DNA of 57,777 nucleotides from an uncultured Mycoplasmatota bacterium (GCA_945919295.1 CAMEJC010000002.1:1-57777); one strand, 5' to 3'; positions 8,019 to 19,403 are shown, counted from the stretch's first letter. The notes: a model not told the origin generated them from the sequence alone. Made by a program: numbers and translations.

Positions 8019-10556
8019 CTAGTTTGTAAATTTATTTAAAATATTTTTAAGTAATTCTTTTTCTTTTTCCAAATTGTTTCTTTCTTGTTCAACAATTTCA
8101 CTAGGAGCCCTATTAATATAATTCTCATTAGATAATAATTTTTCTCTTCTATTAATAGAGGTTTCTAACTTTTCTTTTTCTTTAAGAAGCTTTTCATTTT
8201 CTTCTTGAATATTTTTACTATTATCATAAATAATATCAATTTCTAATCCATTATATTCAACTACTATACCATTATTAGAAGTATCATTAATAATTTTATC
8301 ATTTAACTTCAACATATTCATAACAACTTCTCTATCGTTATCATTATCTATTTTAACGACAACACTATAATCATTTCCAATACCAAGCTCTGCTTTTTTA
8401 TTTCTAAACATCGTAATAAATTCTAAAATATTATTAATATTAGTATTATATATTTCTTTTTTATTATATTCAGGATAATTGCTAATCATAATTGATTCTT
8501 CATCACGAATAGGAAGTTTACCATAAATTTCTTCAGTTACATAAGGCATAAAAGGATGAAGCATTTTAAGTATATCTGTGAGAACTCTAATAAGTACACT
8601 TTTAGTAGTATTGTCCTGATAAAATTTAGATAATTCTATATATTTATCACAAAAGTCACTCCAAACAAAATCATACAAAGTAGATCCAACTATATTAAAT
8701 TCGTATTTATCCATACACTTTCTAACTGTATTAATAGTTTCATTAAGTCTAGTAAGTATCCATTTATCTTGTTCTTTTAAATTATCCAAAGTGTAATCTT
8801 CTTCCTTAAAATCCTCTACTTTTATTAAAACAAATCTTGAAGCATTCCATATTTTATTAATAAAGTTCCAAGTTGCTTTAACCTTATCTTCATCGTATCT
8901 TAAATCCATTCCTGGAGCAGTATTTGTTGTTAAGAAAAATCTTAATGAATCAGCACCATATTTGTCTATTACATCCATTGGATCAATACCATTTCCTAGA
9001 CTTTTACTCATTTTTCTACCTTGTTTGTCTCTTATTAATCCATGAATTAAACAATCTCTAAAAGGTCTTTGATCTAAAAATTCAAGTCCTTGAAAAGTCA
9101 TTCTATTAACCCAAAAAGGAATAATGTCGTATCCGGTAACTAATACATTATTAGGGTAATATCTTTTGAGTAAATCAGTATTTTCAGGCCAACCAAGTGT
9201 ACTAAAAGGCCATAATGCTGAAGAAAACCAAGTATCTAAAACATCATTATCTTGCGTCCATCCCTCACCTTTAGGTTCTTCCATCCCTACGTATACTTCA
9301 TCACCTTTATACCATGCAGGAATTCTATGCCCCCACCAAAGTTGTCTCGAAATACACCAATCATAAGTAATCTCCATCCAGTGATTCATTACTTTTTCAT
9401 ATCTAGGGGGAACAAAATTAACTTTTGTATCTTTATTTTTTTGGTTTTCTAAAACTCTATCTGCAAGTGGTCTCATTTTAACAAACCATTGTTTAGATAA
9501 ATAAGGTTCTATCATAACATCAGTTCTTTCTGAAAAACCTACATTATGATTAATTGGTTCAACTTTAATTAAAAGATCTCTATTCTTTAAGTCTTCAACC
9601 ACTTTATCACGACACTCAAATCTATCCATTCCATTATAAATACCAGCATTTTCATTCATTGTTCCATCGGTATTCATGACCACAACTCTCTCTAAGCTAT
9701 GTCTATTACCCACCTCGAAATCATTCGGATCATGAGCAGGTGTAATCTTAACAACACCAGTACCAAATTCCATATCAGCATGTGTATCTGCAATAACAGG
9801 TATTTTCTTATTTAAAATTGGTAAGATAACATTTCTACCAATATATTTTTGATATCTCTTATCTTCAGGATTAACTGCCACTGCAGTATCCCCAAATAAA
9901 GTCTCCGGTCTAGTAGTTGCAACCTCCAAATAATCGTCACTACCTTCTATCATATATTTTATGTGATAGAAAGCACCAGCAACATCTTTATATATAACTT
10001 CTTCATTAGAGAGAGCAGTCTTTGCTACAGGATCCCAATTAATAATTCTTTCTCCTCTATATATCAAGCCCTTATTATATAAAGAAACAAATACATATCT
10101 AACGGCTTTAGAAAGTCCATCATCCAAAGTAAATCTTTCTTTCGTATAATCTAAAGAAAGTCCTAATTTAGCCCATTGATCATGGATATTTTCTGCATAT
10201 TCATCTTTCCAAGACCAAGCAACTTTTAACCATTCCTCTCGCTCCATACTTCTAGGATCAATTCCTTCATCTTTTAATTTTTTGTCAACTTTAGCTTGTG
10301 TAGCAATACCAGCATGGTCCATACCAGGAAGCCATAAGGTATCAAATCCACACATTCTCTTATATCTAATAATAATATCTTGAATTGAAGTATTCCAAGC
10401 ATGACCCAAATGTAATTTACCTGTAACATTAGGAGGAGGAATAACTATTGCATAAGGTTCTTTACTTAAATCATTAGAAGTAAAATATCCCTTAGTCTTC
10501 CAATTTTCATATTTGTCTTTTTCAACCATCAAATGGTCATATTTCTTATCAAGCAT
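8019..10556 (-). CDS. valS: Valine--tRNA ligase
   Basis: Class I HIGH (LHLGHA) and KMSKS motifs. ValRS-typical C-terminal coiled coil. 845 aa. Confidence 0.97.
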   Translation of the reverse strand: MLDKKYDHLMVEKDKYENWKTKGYFTSNDLSKEPYAIVIPPPNVTGKLHLGHAWNTSIQDIIIRYKRMCGFDTLWLPGMDHAGIATQAKVDKKLKDEGIDPRSMEREEWLKVAWSWKDEYAENIHDQWAKLGLSLDYTKERFTLDDGLSKAVRYVFVSLYNKGLIYRGERIINWDPVAKTALSNEEVIYKDVAGAFYHIKYMIEGSDDYLEVATTRPETLFGDTAVAVNPEDKRYQKYIGRNVILPILNKKIPVIADTHADMEFGTGVVKITPAHDPNDFEVGNRHSLERVVVMNTDGTMNENAGIYNGMDRFECRDKVVEDLKNRDLLIKVEPINHNVGFSERTDVMIEPYLSKQWFVKMRPLADRVLENQKNKDTKVNFVPPRYEKVMNHWMEITYDWCISRQLWWGHRIPAWYKGDEVYVGMEEPKGEGWTQDNDVLDTWFSSALWPFSTLGWPENTDLLKRYYPNNVLVTGYDIIPFWVNRMTFQGLEFLDQRPFRDCLIHGLIRDKQGRKMSKSLGNGIDPMDVIDKYGADSLRFFLTTNTAPGMDLRYDEDKVKATWNFINKIWNASRFVLIKVEDFKEEDYTLDNLKEQDKWILTRLNETINTVRKCMDKYEFNIVGSTLYDFVWSDFCDKYIELSKFYQDNTTKSVLIRVLTDILKMLHPFMPYVTEEIYGKLPIRDEESIMISNYPEYNKKEIYNTNINNILEFITMFRNKKAELGIGNDYSVVVKIDNDNDREVVMNMLKLNDKIINDTSNNGIVVEYNGLEIDIIYDNSKNIQEENEKLLKEKEKLETSINRREKLLSNENYINRAPSEIVEQERNNLEKEKELLKNILNKFTN

Positions 10557-11307
10557 TTACAACACCTATCCTTTTATCAATATAATTATTAAGTACTAAC
10601 ATCACTTGCTTATAAAAATTTTCAATTTCTTCATCCTTAAAAGTAAGTGAATCAAGCATTTTATCTATATAGTTATTCTGTTTAAGTAAATAATAAGAAT
10701 ACCTATAATTAAAAGAATACATTTTTGATAGTACCACTAATACAGTATCAGAAGAATTTTCACTCATTTTAGGACTAATTGTTTTAAATTTTTTAAATTC
10801 CTCATATACAAGATTATTAGGGTATGTATTAATTCTTGTATCTACATAAGGATAATTAACAAACAATCTAAAAGAGTCTAAATTGTGAGCATCTTTAATA
10901 ATTGCACAAATATGCTTTGTCTTTTCATCAATATCACTAGGGAAACCATTCTTATCATAAGCAAAAAGAGCCATTTTTATAATACTATCATATTTATTAT
11001 CTTTGCTAATTTCTCTAATTAAACCCTTGTTAAATAATATGTCAATTGTCTTTTCATAGGAGTCTTCATTATCTTCATCGATATGATAATTTGGAGTTTT
11101 AGAAAAGTTTCCTATTTCATGAAATAATCCAATAAATTCACAGACGGCAATTTCTTCCTCTGAAAAAATACCAAGACCACTAGCTAAATCCTTAGAAATT
11201 TCCATAACTTTTAAAGAATGAAAATACTTAGCCTTAATATTAATATTATTCATATCATATTTTCTAACATATTGTTCAAATATTTTCATAATTCTGCTAC
11301 TTTTCAT
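10549..11307 (-). CDS. HD-superfamily-like protein (HE variant), overlapping the valS start
   Basis: H...(L)FHEIGN layout resembles an HD domain, but Glu replaces Asp. There is an 8-nt overlap with valS. Confidence 0.45.
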   Translation of the reverse strand: MKSSRIMKIFEQYVRKYDMNNINIKAKYFHSLKVMEISKDLASGLGIFSEEEIAVCEFIGLFHEIGNFSKTPNYHIDEDNEDSYEKTIDILFNKGLIREISKDNKYDSIIKMALFAYDKNGFPSDIDEKTKHICAIIKDAHNLDSFRLFVNYPYVDTRINTYPNNLVYEEFKKFKTISPKMSENSSDTVLVVLSKMYSFNYRYSYYLLKQNNYIDKMLDSLTFKDEEIENFYKQVMLVLNNYIDKRIGVVNA

Positions 11308-11433
11308 AAAATACCTCCCAATCCATAATTAATATAAGTATATAATAAAATTGTATATTTTTCAAGTAAAATAGATATTATTCCTGTTTCAACTCATACT
11401 AAAGTAGTTACTATTTATGAAGAATAAAAAAAT

Positions 11434-11466
11434 TATAAAAAAAGTAGAGACTTAGATCTCTACTTT
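11434..11466 (-). terminator. Rho-independent terminator
   Basis: Minus strand reads gtagagatctaagtctctac followed by a T-run. It lies just downstream of the 11473 stop. Confidence 0.6.
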
Positions 11467-11472
11467 AAGGTT

Positions 11473-12043
11473 TTATAATATTATTTTTCTTTGCTTAACT
11501 AAACTTTCTTTTTTATTATCATTTAAAATATTTTTAAATACATTATCTAAAGAATCAATCTTTACTGGTATTTTCTTCATAATACTAATTTCTTTATAAG
11601 CAATATAATACCTAAGATTCATATCTTTATCAATATGATCTAATAATTCCTCCGGCATATCAAATTCAACATAATGAGAATAATGACAACATTGATCAAA
11701 ATCAATAGTGGCCTTAAAAACATCCTCTTTAGTAGTAAAAGCATAAGTATTATTAACATCAGATAGACAATCTTTCCCTAATAAAGAAAGAATAAAATTT
11801 TCTCTAAATCTAAATAGTTCTAAAAATTCATCATAAAATTTTAATAATACATTATCATCAAGTGTAGGGGTTATCTACATCATTAATTCTATCAACAAAT
11901 TCCTGGATCTTTTTATATAAATAATAAAGACTAACAACACTATCAGTATTTCTAATATTTGTTTTCCTTAAAAATACCTTAATACTACTAAGCATTTCTT
12001 TTTCACTATTAAAATATAAATACGAATTAATATCATTATTCAT
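11473..12043 (-). pseudogene. Frameshifted hypothetical gene (two adjoining ORF pieces)
   Basis: The 61-aa ORF ends at TGA 11858-11860. The next frame is open from 11874 to 11473 but carries 65 sense codons with no ATG, GTG or TTG before the ATG at 11658. The junction contains a C4/G4 run (11867-11870). Confidence 0.5.
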
Positions 12044-12085
12044 AATATTCCTCCTAATGTTTACTTATTATAGCAGTTTCCTTAT

Positions 12086-12640
12086 TTAATTACAAGTATC
12101 AATAATATTCTTTATTTCATTAATACATCTATCTAAATCATCATTAACAACAACATAGTCATATTTATCTTTATAACTAATTTCCTTCTTAGCTATTTCT
12201 AATCTCTTTCTAATATTATCTTCGGTATCAGTATGTCTATTTTTTAATCTTTTTTCCAATTCTTCAAACGACGGAGGCATAATAAATATCGACAAAGCAT
12301 CGCTATATTTACTTTCTATTTTCATTGCCCCTTGTACATCAATAATTGCAATAACATTAGTACCATTATTAATATTATTAAACACAAAGTCTTTAGGAGT
12401 TCCATAATAATAACCATTGTAAATAGCATATTCAAATAAGTTGTTTTTCTTTATGTTTTCTTCAAATTCTTCTTTAGTTAAAAAGAAGTAATCTTTACCA
12501 TCAACTTCACCAATTCTTCTCTTTCTAGTGGTCATAGATATTGAATATATACCATATCCATCACTAATAAGTTTATTTACAATAGTATCTTTACCGACTC
12601 CCGATGGTCCTGATATAACTATAAATATTCCTTTTTTCAT
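12086..12640 (-). CDS. gmk: Guanylate kinase
   Basis: P-loop GPSGVGKDT and overall Gmk layout, 184 aa. Confidence 0.95.
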   Translation of the reverse strand: MKKGIFIVISGPSGVGKDTIVNKLISDGYGIYSISMTTRKRRIGEVDGKDYFFLTKEEFEENIKKNNLFEYAIYNGYYYGTPKDFVFNNINNGTNVIAIIDVQGAMKIESKYSDALSIFIMPPSFEELEKRLKNRHTDTEDNIRKRLEIAKKEISYKDKYDYVVVNDDLDRCINEIKNIIDTCN

Positions 12641-12647
12641 ATTTCTC

Positions 12648-15563
12648 CTATTCTAACATTCTCACATTATTAACAATAACTTGATACTTATCGTATCTTT
12701 TCTCAACTCGACCAATAATTTCGAGAATATTACCAGTTTTAATATTATTAAATCTCTTATACACAAGAGGAAACATAGTAAGAGAAACTTCACCGTATTC
12801 ATCGCCTCCCGTAATAAAAGCCATAACATTATTATTTTTAGTAGTAGTCTCTTTAATATAATTTACTATAATGACTAGTTTAACATTACGATCAAAATAA
12901 TTTTTAATATTCATGGAATTGACAAAATAATTTTCTCTATATTTGCTAACGGGATGCTCTGTTAAATAGAATCCTATTGTTTTAAGTTCTAAATCAATTA
13001 ATTCACTCTTTGCATATTCATCATAAACAGTAATTTCTGGTTTTTCGATTTCAATCATGCCTGCATCTTTAGCAATTTCTGCATAATTAATAACATTATC
13101 TAAATTTTCAATTAATGTTCTTTTATTATATCCAAACGATATTGCTCCCGCATAAATAAGATTGGTAATAACCTTTCGATTAACACTAGAGCCCCCCACT
13201 CTAAGTACAAAATCACAAAAATCAGTAAATTTGCCCTTTTCTCTTTCTTTAAGAATATCATTAGATATTGAAGTACCAACATTCTTAATAATAGACAAAG
13301 GACACCTAATAGTATTATTATAAGCATAATACTTATCATAACTTTCATTAACATCAGGAGGCATTATTTTAATATTAGATTGTTTTGCTCTATTTAAATA
13401 TATATTAGTTTTAGTATCATTACCAATAGCATTAGAAAGAAGACCACATATAAAATATTTAAGAAAATAAGTCTTGATAAAAGCCATTTTATAAGCAATT
13501 ACTGCATATGATATCGAATGTGATTTATTAAATCCATAATTAGCAAATTTAAGTATCAAATCATATACCTTATTCGCAGTATTTTCATCATATCCATTAT
13601 CTAGGCATCCATTAATAAATTTAGGTTTTTCCTTTAAGATAACTTCTTCTTTCTTTTTCGACATAGCTCTTCTTAAAATATCTGCTTCTCCAAAGGAATA
13701 ACCTGCGAGCCTTCTGACAATTTGCATAATTTGTTCTTGATAAATAATAATGCCATAGGTAGATTTAAGAATATCTTCTAAATCAGGGTGAATATAATCT
13801 ATTTTTTCTCTTCCTTCTCTTCTAGCAATAAAATTATCAATGTTCTCCATTGGCCCCGGTCTATAAAGAGCTAAAGCTAAGGCAATATCATCAAAATCTT
13901 TAACCTTAAGCTTCTTTAAAAACTTTTTCATTCCTGGACTTTCAAACTGAAAAATTCCATCTGTATCGACATTATAAAATATCTCTATTGTTTTCTTATC
14001 ATCCATTGGTATTTTATCAAAACTAATATTAATTTTTTCCTTTTCTTTAATTTCATCTATAACATTACTAATTAATGTTAAATTATCGAGACCTAAAAAA
14101 TCCATTTTTAAAAGTCCTAAAGGCTCCAAGTAATCTTTAGAATAGGCAGTTGTATATATTCCTAGTTGATTTTTATAAAGAGGAATAATTTCATCAATAT
14201 CATATTTACTCATAACAATTCCTGCAGCATGAATTGAAATATGTCTTGGAAGGCCTTCCAATTTCAAAGCAATTTCATATAATTTCTTATATTCATCTTT
14301 TGAATTAATAAGTCTATAAAATCTTGAATCTTTTATATAAGAATCTTTTAACTCCTTAGAAGTAATTGCTTTTGCCATTTCGTCAATAATTGGAAGTGAT
14401 ATATTCATGCATCTCCCTAAATCTCTAATTACTTGCTTTGCTCCAAGTGTATTAAAAGTAATAATTCCTGTAGCCTTTTTATTTCCATATTTTCTTATAA
14501 CATAATCAATTACTGAATTTCTTTTCTCACTATCAAAGTCGATATCGATATCAGGCATCGTAACTCTCTCTGGATTTAAAAATCTTTCAAATAATAAATC
14601 GTATTTAATTGGATCAATATCAGTAATTCCAACTGAATAACTAACTAAACTTCCTGCGGCGCTTCCTCTTCCTGGACCCACTAATATATTGTTAAATTTA
14701 GCATACTTAACATAATCCCACACTACCAAAAAGTAGTCACAAAACCCCATTTTATTAATAACATCAAGTTCATAATTAAGTCTTCTTCGATAAATATCAG
14801 AAACATCCCCATGAAGTCGTTTATTAAGTCCTTTGTTACATAAATTTTTTAAGTACTCAAAAGAATCAATATTATCATCATACTTTGGAAGAAGGCCTTC
14901 TGTATACCCCATTGTTACATTACACTGCTCGACAATATATTGCATATTACTTATAACATCATCATCTACTAATGAATCAAATTCCTTCTTATTAAGTAAA
15001 TGTCTATCCTTAAAAGTACTAAGTTCAATCTCTCCTAATTTTTTATCATTTTTTATCATAATAAGATAATCTAGATACTTATAATCATTCTTATCAAGGT
15101 AAGATATATCATTAATAAGTACCTTTTTATCTTCAATAGCGGTTTTTTCTTCATTATTAGAGTATCCAATAAAGTAATCATCAAAAATATTTATAATATC
15201 AATATTATAATTATTATAAGGCATAATCAAAATAAGGTCATTATGATATAATATTAAGTCATCATTAGAAATATCTCTTTCTGATATAATTGTTGTAATC
15301 TTTATTAAATTTTTATATCCTTTGTTATTTTTTGCCAAAAGAATAAATTTTCTTCCACTATTGTTAATTTCTAGTCCGATAATTGGTTTAATATCATTCT
15401 TTTTACAAGATAAATAAAATTCATAAGCGCCAAACATATTATTAGAATCAGTAATAGCTAAAGAGGAATAGCCTAGTTCCTTAGCCTTTTTTGTTAAATT
15501 ATCTATTTTATTCAAACTTTCTAAAATAGAATAACTAGTTTTAACTTCTAAAGCCGTAAACAT
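12648..15563 (-). CDS. dnaE: DNA polymerase III alpha subunit (DnaE type)
   Basis: N-terminal PHP domain, polymerase core motifs (PDIDIDF, GLLKMDFLGL) and a C-terminal OB fold. 971 aa. Confidence 0.95.
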   Translation of the reverse strand: MFTALEVKTSYSILESLNKIDNLTKKAKELGYSSLAITDSNNMFGAYEFYLSCKKNDIKPIIGLEINNSGRKFILLAKNNKGYKNLIKITTIISERDISNDDLILYHNDLILIMPYNNYNIDIINIFDDYFIGYSNNEEKTAIEDKKVLINDISYLDKNDYKYLDYLIMIKNDKKLGEIELSTFKDRHLLNKKEFDSLVDDDVISNMQYIVEQCNVTMGYTEGLLPKYDDNIDSFEYLKNLCNKGLNKRLHGDVSDIYRRRLNYELDVINKMGFCDYFLVVWDYVKYAKFNNILVGPGRGSAAGSLVSYSVGITDIDPIKYDLLFERFLNPERVTMPDIDIDFDSEKRNSVIDYVIRKYGNKKATGIITFNTLGAKQVIRDLGRCMNISLPIIDEMAKAITSKELKDSYIKDSRFYRLINSKDEYKKLYEIALKLEGLPRHISIHAAGIVMSKYDIDEIIPLYKNQLGIYTTAYSKDYLEPLGLLKMDFLGLDNLTLISNVIDEIKEKEKINISFDKIPMDDKKTIEIFYNVDTDGIFQFESPGMKKFLKKLKVKDFDDIALALALYRPGPMENIDNFIARREGREKIDYIHPDLEDILKSTYGIIIYQEQIMQIVRRLAGYSFGEADILRRAMSKKKEEVILKEKPKFINGCLDNGYDENTANKVYDLILKFANYGFNKSHSISYAVIAYKMAFIKTYFLKYFICGLLSNAIGNDTKTNIYLNRAKQSNIKIMPPDVNESYDKYYAYNNTIRCPLSIIKNVGTSISNDILKEREKGKFTDFCDFVLRVGGSSVNRKVITNLIYAGAISFGYNKRTLIENLDNVINYAEIAKDAGMIEIEKPEITVYDEYAKSELIDLELKTIGFYLTEHPVSKYRENYFVNSMNIKNYFDRNVKLVIIVNYIKETTTKNNNVMAFITGGDEYGEVSLTMFPLVYKRFNNIKTGNILEIIGRVEKRYDKYQVIVNNVRMLE

Positions 15564-15595
15564 AACTATCCCTCCTTGTAACTCATACTTTATTA

Positions 15596-15829
15596 TTAAT
15601 ATTTAAGTGTAAAATAAGCAATAAGAACACCTGCTAAGGCAATAATTACAGCAAGTGTGGCTACTCCTGCAAAACCATTACTTTTTGGACCAATGTTTGG
15701 CATAGTTTTAACTCTTACTTTTGGTCTATTTGCTAAAGTAATATTTCCATTTGGCATATTAAGTGGTGCTTCATTACTTTCAATAATAACTTTAGATTCA
15801 CCATTTCTATCAGTAAATTGCTTTTCCAT
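15596..15829 (-). CDS. Small tail-anchored membrane protein, 77 aa
   Basis: The ATG at 15829 follows GAGGA. There is a single C-terminal TM (GVATLAVIIALAGVLIAYF). It lies between dnaI and dnaE. Confidence 0.5.
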   Translation of the reverse strand: MEKQFTDRNGESKVIIESNEAPLNMPNGNITLANRPKVRVKTMPNIGPKSNGFAGVATLAVIIALAGVLIAYFTLKY

Positions 15830-15837
15830 AATTATCC

Positions 15838-16749
15838 TCACTTTCTTCTATTTTCTGCAACCATTGTAATGTTATCAGTCAAATATTTAATTCTTTCAAT
15901 AATTCTTCTGGATTTAATCTTGCCTTCACTGTCGCTTCCTGCTAAATGCTCCTCTAATTCTTTAATGCTTAAATTAGAAGTAAAAAATGTTGGCAATGAT
16001 TCTTGCATTCTATATTGTAATATTGTACCAAGAATTTCATCGCGATTCCAATTTGTTGTCGTCTCAGCCCCAATATCATCTATTAAAAGTAGCTCTGCTT
16101 TCTTAGTTTTGTTGAAAATGTTTTTAAAATCATCTGAAAAATTTTCCTTAAGTTCTCTTAAAAATTCCGGATAATAAACAATTGCCACTTTTTTTCCTTT
16201 TTTAGCAAGTTCATTAAAACAAGCCGCTACTAAATATGTTTTACCACATCCAAAATTTCCTGTCAAGTATAATCCTTTTGTCTTTTCACCCATTTCATAT
16301 TTTTTTATAAAAGTTGTAAGCCACTTAATTGTCTCCAGTCTATTTTTATCATCTGTATATATATTTTTCATTGAAGCGTCAAGAATTTCTTTTGGCATAT
16401 CAACAATCATAACATTATTTTGATATGCTCTTTCTTTTTCCAGTTTCTTCTTGTATTTGCAGGCTATATAAGAAAATACAAGATTATTTTGCTCGAGACT
16501 AGGATAATATACATATCCTGTAACAGTATTCTTACATTCCATAATGTTTTTGCAATTTTCACAATTTTTAAGCTCTACTGAACAGTCTTTGATTAAAGAA
16601 GTATATTTAATAAGTTCTTCCTTCGGAAGTTTAATTTTATTAACAATATTTTTAAAAGTATCATCTTTATATGCTTCATCAAAATTTTTCTTCAATTCAT
16701 AATCATTAAAATGATATTTGCTATCAATTATATTTTTCACTTCTTTCAT
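15838..16749 (-). CDS. dnaI: Primosomal helicase loader DnaI
   Basis: N-terminal Cys-rich zinc module (CENCKNIMECKN), Walker A GNFGCGKTYL and Walker B LLIDDIGAE. Confidence 0.85.
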   Translation of the reverse strand: MKEVKNIIDSKYHFNDYELKKNFDEAYKDDTFKNIVNKIKLPKEELIKYTSLIKDCSVELKNCENCKNIMECKNTVTGYVYYPSLEQNNLVFSYIACKYKKKLEKERAYQNNVMIVDMPKEILDASMKNIYTDDKNRLETIKWLTTFIKKYEMGEKTKGLYLTGNFGCGKTYLVAACFNELAKKGKKVAIVYYPEFLRELKENFSDDFKNIFNKTKKAELLLIDDIGAETTTNWNRDEILGTILQYRMQESLPTFFTSNLSIKELEEHLAGSDSEGKIKSRRIIERIKYLTDNITMVAENRRK

Positions 16750-18035
16750 TACTTATACTCCTTTAATAATTCTTCTAATTGATTTTCTTCACCATCATCT
16801 ACTTTATTTTTTGTAATATCTTTATCGAACCAATCAGGTATTTTTGCATTTCGAATTTCTGCTTTTATAGCCTTTTTAGTTCGTTTTTTATGCTCTCTTT
16901 CTGCGGTGTTCATAGCTTCTTCAACAGTTTCAATACCAAGTCTTTGCCATTCACCTGCTAGCGTCTCAACATAATTTCGTGTCAGTTTCTTTTCATTAAC
17001 ATTTAGAACATAGTCAATAAGAACATTGACAACTCCTGGTTTAAGTTTATAATCGACAAGTAAATCTTCAATTAATTTAAGATCTCTCCTAGTTGGTTCA
17101 CTACCGTTATTTTTACTAATTAATAATTCCCGAGGAGATATTGTTTCAAAGGTATATATCATTTTTGCTCTCCTTGAAGTATCTCCTATTGGTTTTCGTA
17201 AATATTCCGGCTGACTATTATCTATAATTGTTGGTAGTATTCCACCATTGTCAAATTGATAATAATTTCTTGCACTCTTTCTTAGTTCTTCCTTATTAAT
17301 AGTACCTCTTTCATTAAAACATACTTTAATAATATTTGCCATTTTTATAGCATCAATATTATAAATAAACGATAAATTAATAATTAATTCTTTTATTTCT
17401 TTTGTAAAAACTCTGGTAGTATCAATATTTTTAGGCATTGAACTAATAAGAAAGTTAAAATCAAAGTTACTATTAATATTTAATTTAAGTTTATTATATT
17501 TTCTAATATCTTCAAGTGATAGGTCATACGAAGTCATACAAGCACTCTCAAATACATCATTAAAATTTTTCGTAATATCATGATAATTAGTTGTATTAAA
17601 TTTAGGAAGTTTAAAAGATTTAACTAAATTATCATATTCCTTTTTACCAATATTACTATATAAAACAACATTAAGAATAGGATGCGATAAAAATTCCATT
17701 GCACTAACGGGAGAATATAACTCATAAATATAATTATTAACACTACCTGTTTTAACTAAAGTTTTAATAAGACCAATTGCCTCAAGCTTCCCTCTGTTAG
17801 TTTCAATTTCACCAATTGTCATTCGAAGATTTGATACAAGTTTTTGATGAGAAAAATCTTTACTTACTATTTCTGCATTATCTAAGTCAGCCCAAAGGGA
17901 AAAATATAACATTACAGCTTCCATACCAATAACCGGAAGATATAAACTAGTAAGTATTTTTCGATCTTCATCGTGTAATATTGTTTTATTAATAACTACA
18001 TATGTATCAGCGGGTAATAAATTATATCTTTCCAT
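16749..18035 (-). CDS. dnaB: Replication initiation and membrane attachment protein (Firmicute DnaB, DnaD-like domains)
   Basis: DnaB_2/DnaD-type C-terminal motif (NYVETLAGEWQRLGIETVEEAM). It sits immediately upstream of dnaI with a 1-nt overlap. The ATG at 18035 is preferred over the GTG at 18044. Confidence 0.8.
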   Translation of the reverse strand: MERYNLLPADTYVVINKTILHDEDRKILTSLYLPVIGMEAVMLYFSLWADLDNAEIVSKDFSHQKLVSNLRMTIGEIETNRGKLEAIGLIKTLVKTGSVNNYIYELYSPVSAMEFLSHPILNVVLYSNIGKKEYDNLVKSFKLPKFNTTNYHDITKNFNDVFESACMTSYDLSLEDIRKYNKLKLNINSNFDFNFLISSMPKNIDTTRVFTKEIKELIINLSFIYNIDAIKMANIIKVCFNERGTINKEELRKSARNYYQFDNGGILPTIIDNSQPEYLRKPIGDTSRRAKMIYTFETISPRELLISKNNGSEPTRRDLKLIEDLLVDYKLKPGVVNVLIDYVLNVNEKKLTRNYVETLAGEWQRLGIETVEEAMNTAEREHKKRTKKAIKAEIRNAKIPDWFDKDITKNKVDDGEENQLEELLKEYK

Positions 18036-18123
18036 GACAATCACTTTCCTTACACATATTGTATAATAAAAAGAATTAAAAGTAAAGAAAAACTAGCTTC
18101 ATATTTTTACTATTTTTCATTTT

Positions 18124-18158
18124 AAAAGTGCTATCTTTCTTATAAAGATACCACTTTC
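18124..18158 (-). terminator. Terminator of the CPBP protease gene
   Basis: 11-bp stem with one mismatch (gtgctatcttt/aaagataccac), with a T-run on the minus strand. Confidence 0.5.
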
Positions 18159-18224
18159 ATAATCCATTATAATTATTTATTAATTAATGTATTTTTTTAA
18201 TATAATAATATCTAATAAAAATTT

Positions 18225-18887
18225 CTAACAATTTTCTCTTTGTATAATCAAAATACTAACTACTAAAAGCATAATTCCCAAAACAAATATCCATAAATTA
18301 TACCCCAAAAGCAAGTTGACAATAATATTCCCTGAAATATGAACCATAATTGGTACAATAATATCTTTATTTTTTAAATACAAATAAGAATTAACAAATC
18401 CAACAATAGTAGCATAAACAATAGTGACGATATTATTGTGAAAAAAACCAAATATCAAACTACTTAAAATAATTACCATTATCTTTGAATTAAATTTTTC
18501 TAATTTATTAATTAAACTGTATCTAAATAAAATTTCTTCAAATACCGGACCAATAATACCAGAACATAAGATATTAAAAGCAATAGGCATTTTATCAATA
18601 GTATCAAATTTAATACCAAGTTTAAATATAATCATATTATAAATAATTGCAAGAGCAATTCCGAGAAGCAAATAAGGGAAATATACTATATTATGTGTAC
18701 TAATTTGCATACTCTTAGATTTAGAAATAATATACATAACCTCAAAAATCATAAGTACAATGCTTCCCCAAATAATAGATTTATCCGTTCCTATTAACAA
18801 TATTACCCCAATTAAAAGTATATATTGTATAATCAACACTAAGAATATTTCATTTAAAGATAATAATAATTTTTTTAAATATCTCAT
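18225..18887 (-). CDS. CPBP (CAAX) family intramembrane metalloprotease
   Basis: Motifs EEILFRY and FGFFH plus a later H in a TM segment. Polytopic. Confidence 0.8.
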   Translation of the reverse strand: MRYLKKLLLSLNEIFLVLIIQYILLIGVILLIGTDKSIIWGSIVLMIFEVMYIISKSKSMQISTHNIVYFPYLLLGIALAIIYNMIIFKLGIKFDTIDKMPIAFNILCSGIIGPVFEEILFRYSLINKLEKFNSKIMVIILSSLIFGFFHNNIVTIVYATIVGFVNSYLYLKNKDIIVPIMVHISGNIIVNLLLGYNLWIFVLGIMLLVVSILIIQRENC

Positions 18888-18945
18888 AATTACTCCATAA
18901 AAAAATAAGATAGCCTAAATACTTCTAGCTGTCTTATATATAAAT

Positions 18946-19158
18946 TTAAGCTTTAACACTTGTAACCGCTAATACATTTATAGCTTGTAAACCTTTAGCA
19001 GTTTCGATAAGATCAAATTCAACTATTTGACCTTCAGATAAAGTTTTGTATCCATCCTGCTTAATAGCGGAATAATGAACGAAAATATCTTCGCCTTCTG
19101 GATAATCAATAAAGCCATAACCTTTGTCGTTGTTGAACCATTTAACTCTTCCTTGCAA
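18946..19158 (-). CDS. Cold-shock protein (CspA family)
   Basis: [17 protein letters not shown] ... VFVHYSAI (RNP1/RNP2 motifs). A TTG start at 19158 is better spaced from GGTGAGGTGG than the track GTG at 19167. Confidence 0.9.
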   Translation of the reverse strand: MQGRVKWFNNDKGYGFIDYPEGEDIFVHYSAIKQDGYKTLSEGQIVEFDLIETAKGLQAINVLAVTSVKA

Positions 19159-19403
19159 CTTTGCCACCTCACCTTTCTGTTCTTCCCTACAAGAATATTA
19201 TAATATACTGCTTAGTGATTTTGCAAACAAATAAGTAAGACAAAAATCGATAAAAAATTCTCCCAAAGTTGAACCTTACTGCAAGCAAAAACATCATAGC
19301 ATTTTAAGATACTATTAAATAAAATATAATGAATTATAGTTAAAAAATGTAATTAAAATTTTGATTGTTAACAATTTGTATACAAAAAAATAAAGTAGTT
19401 TTT

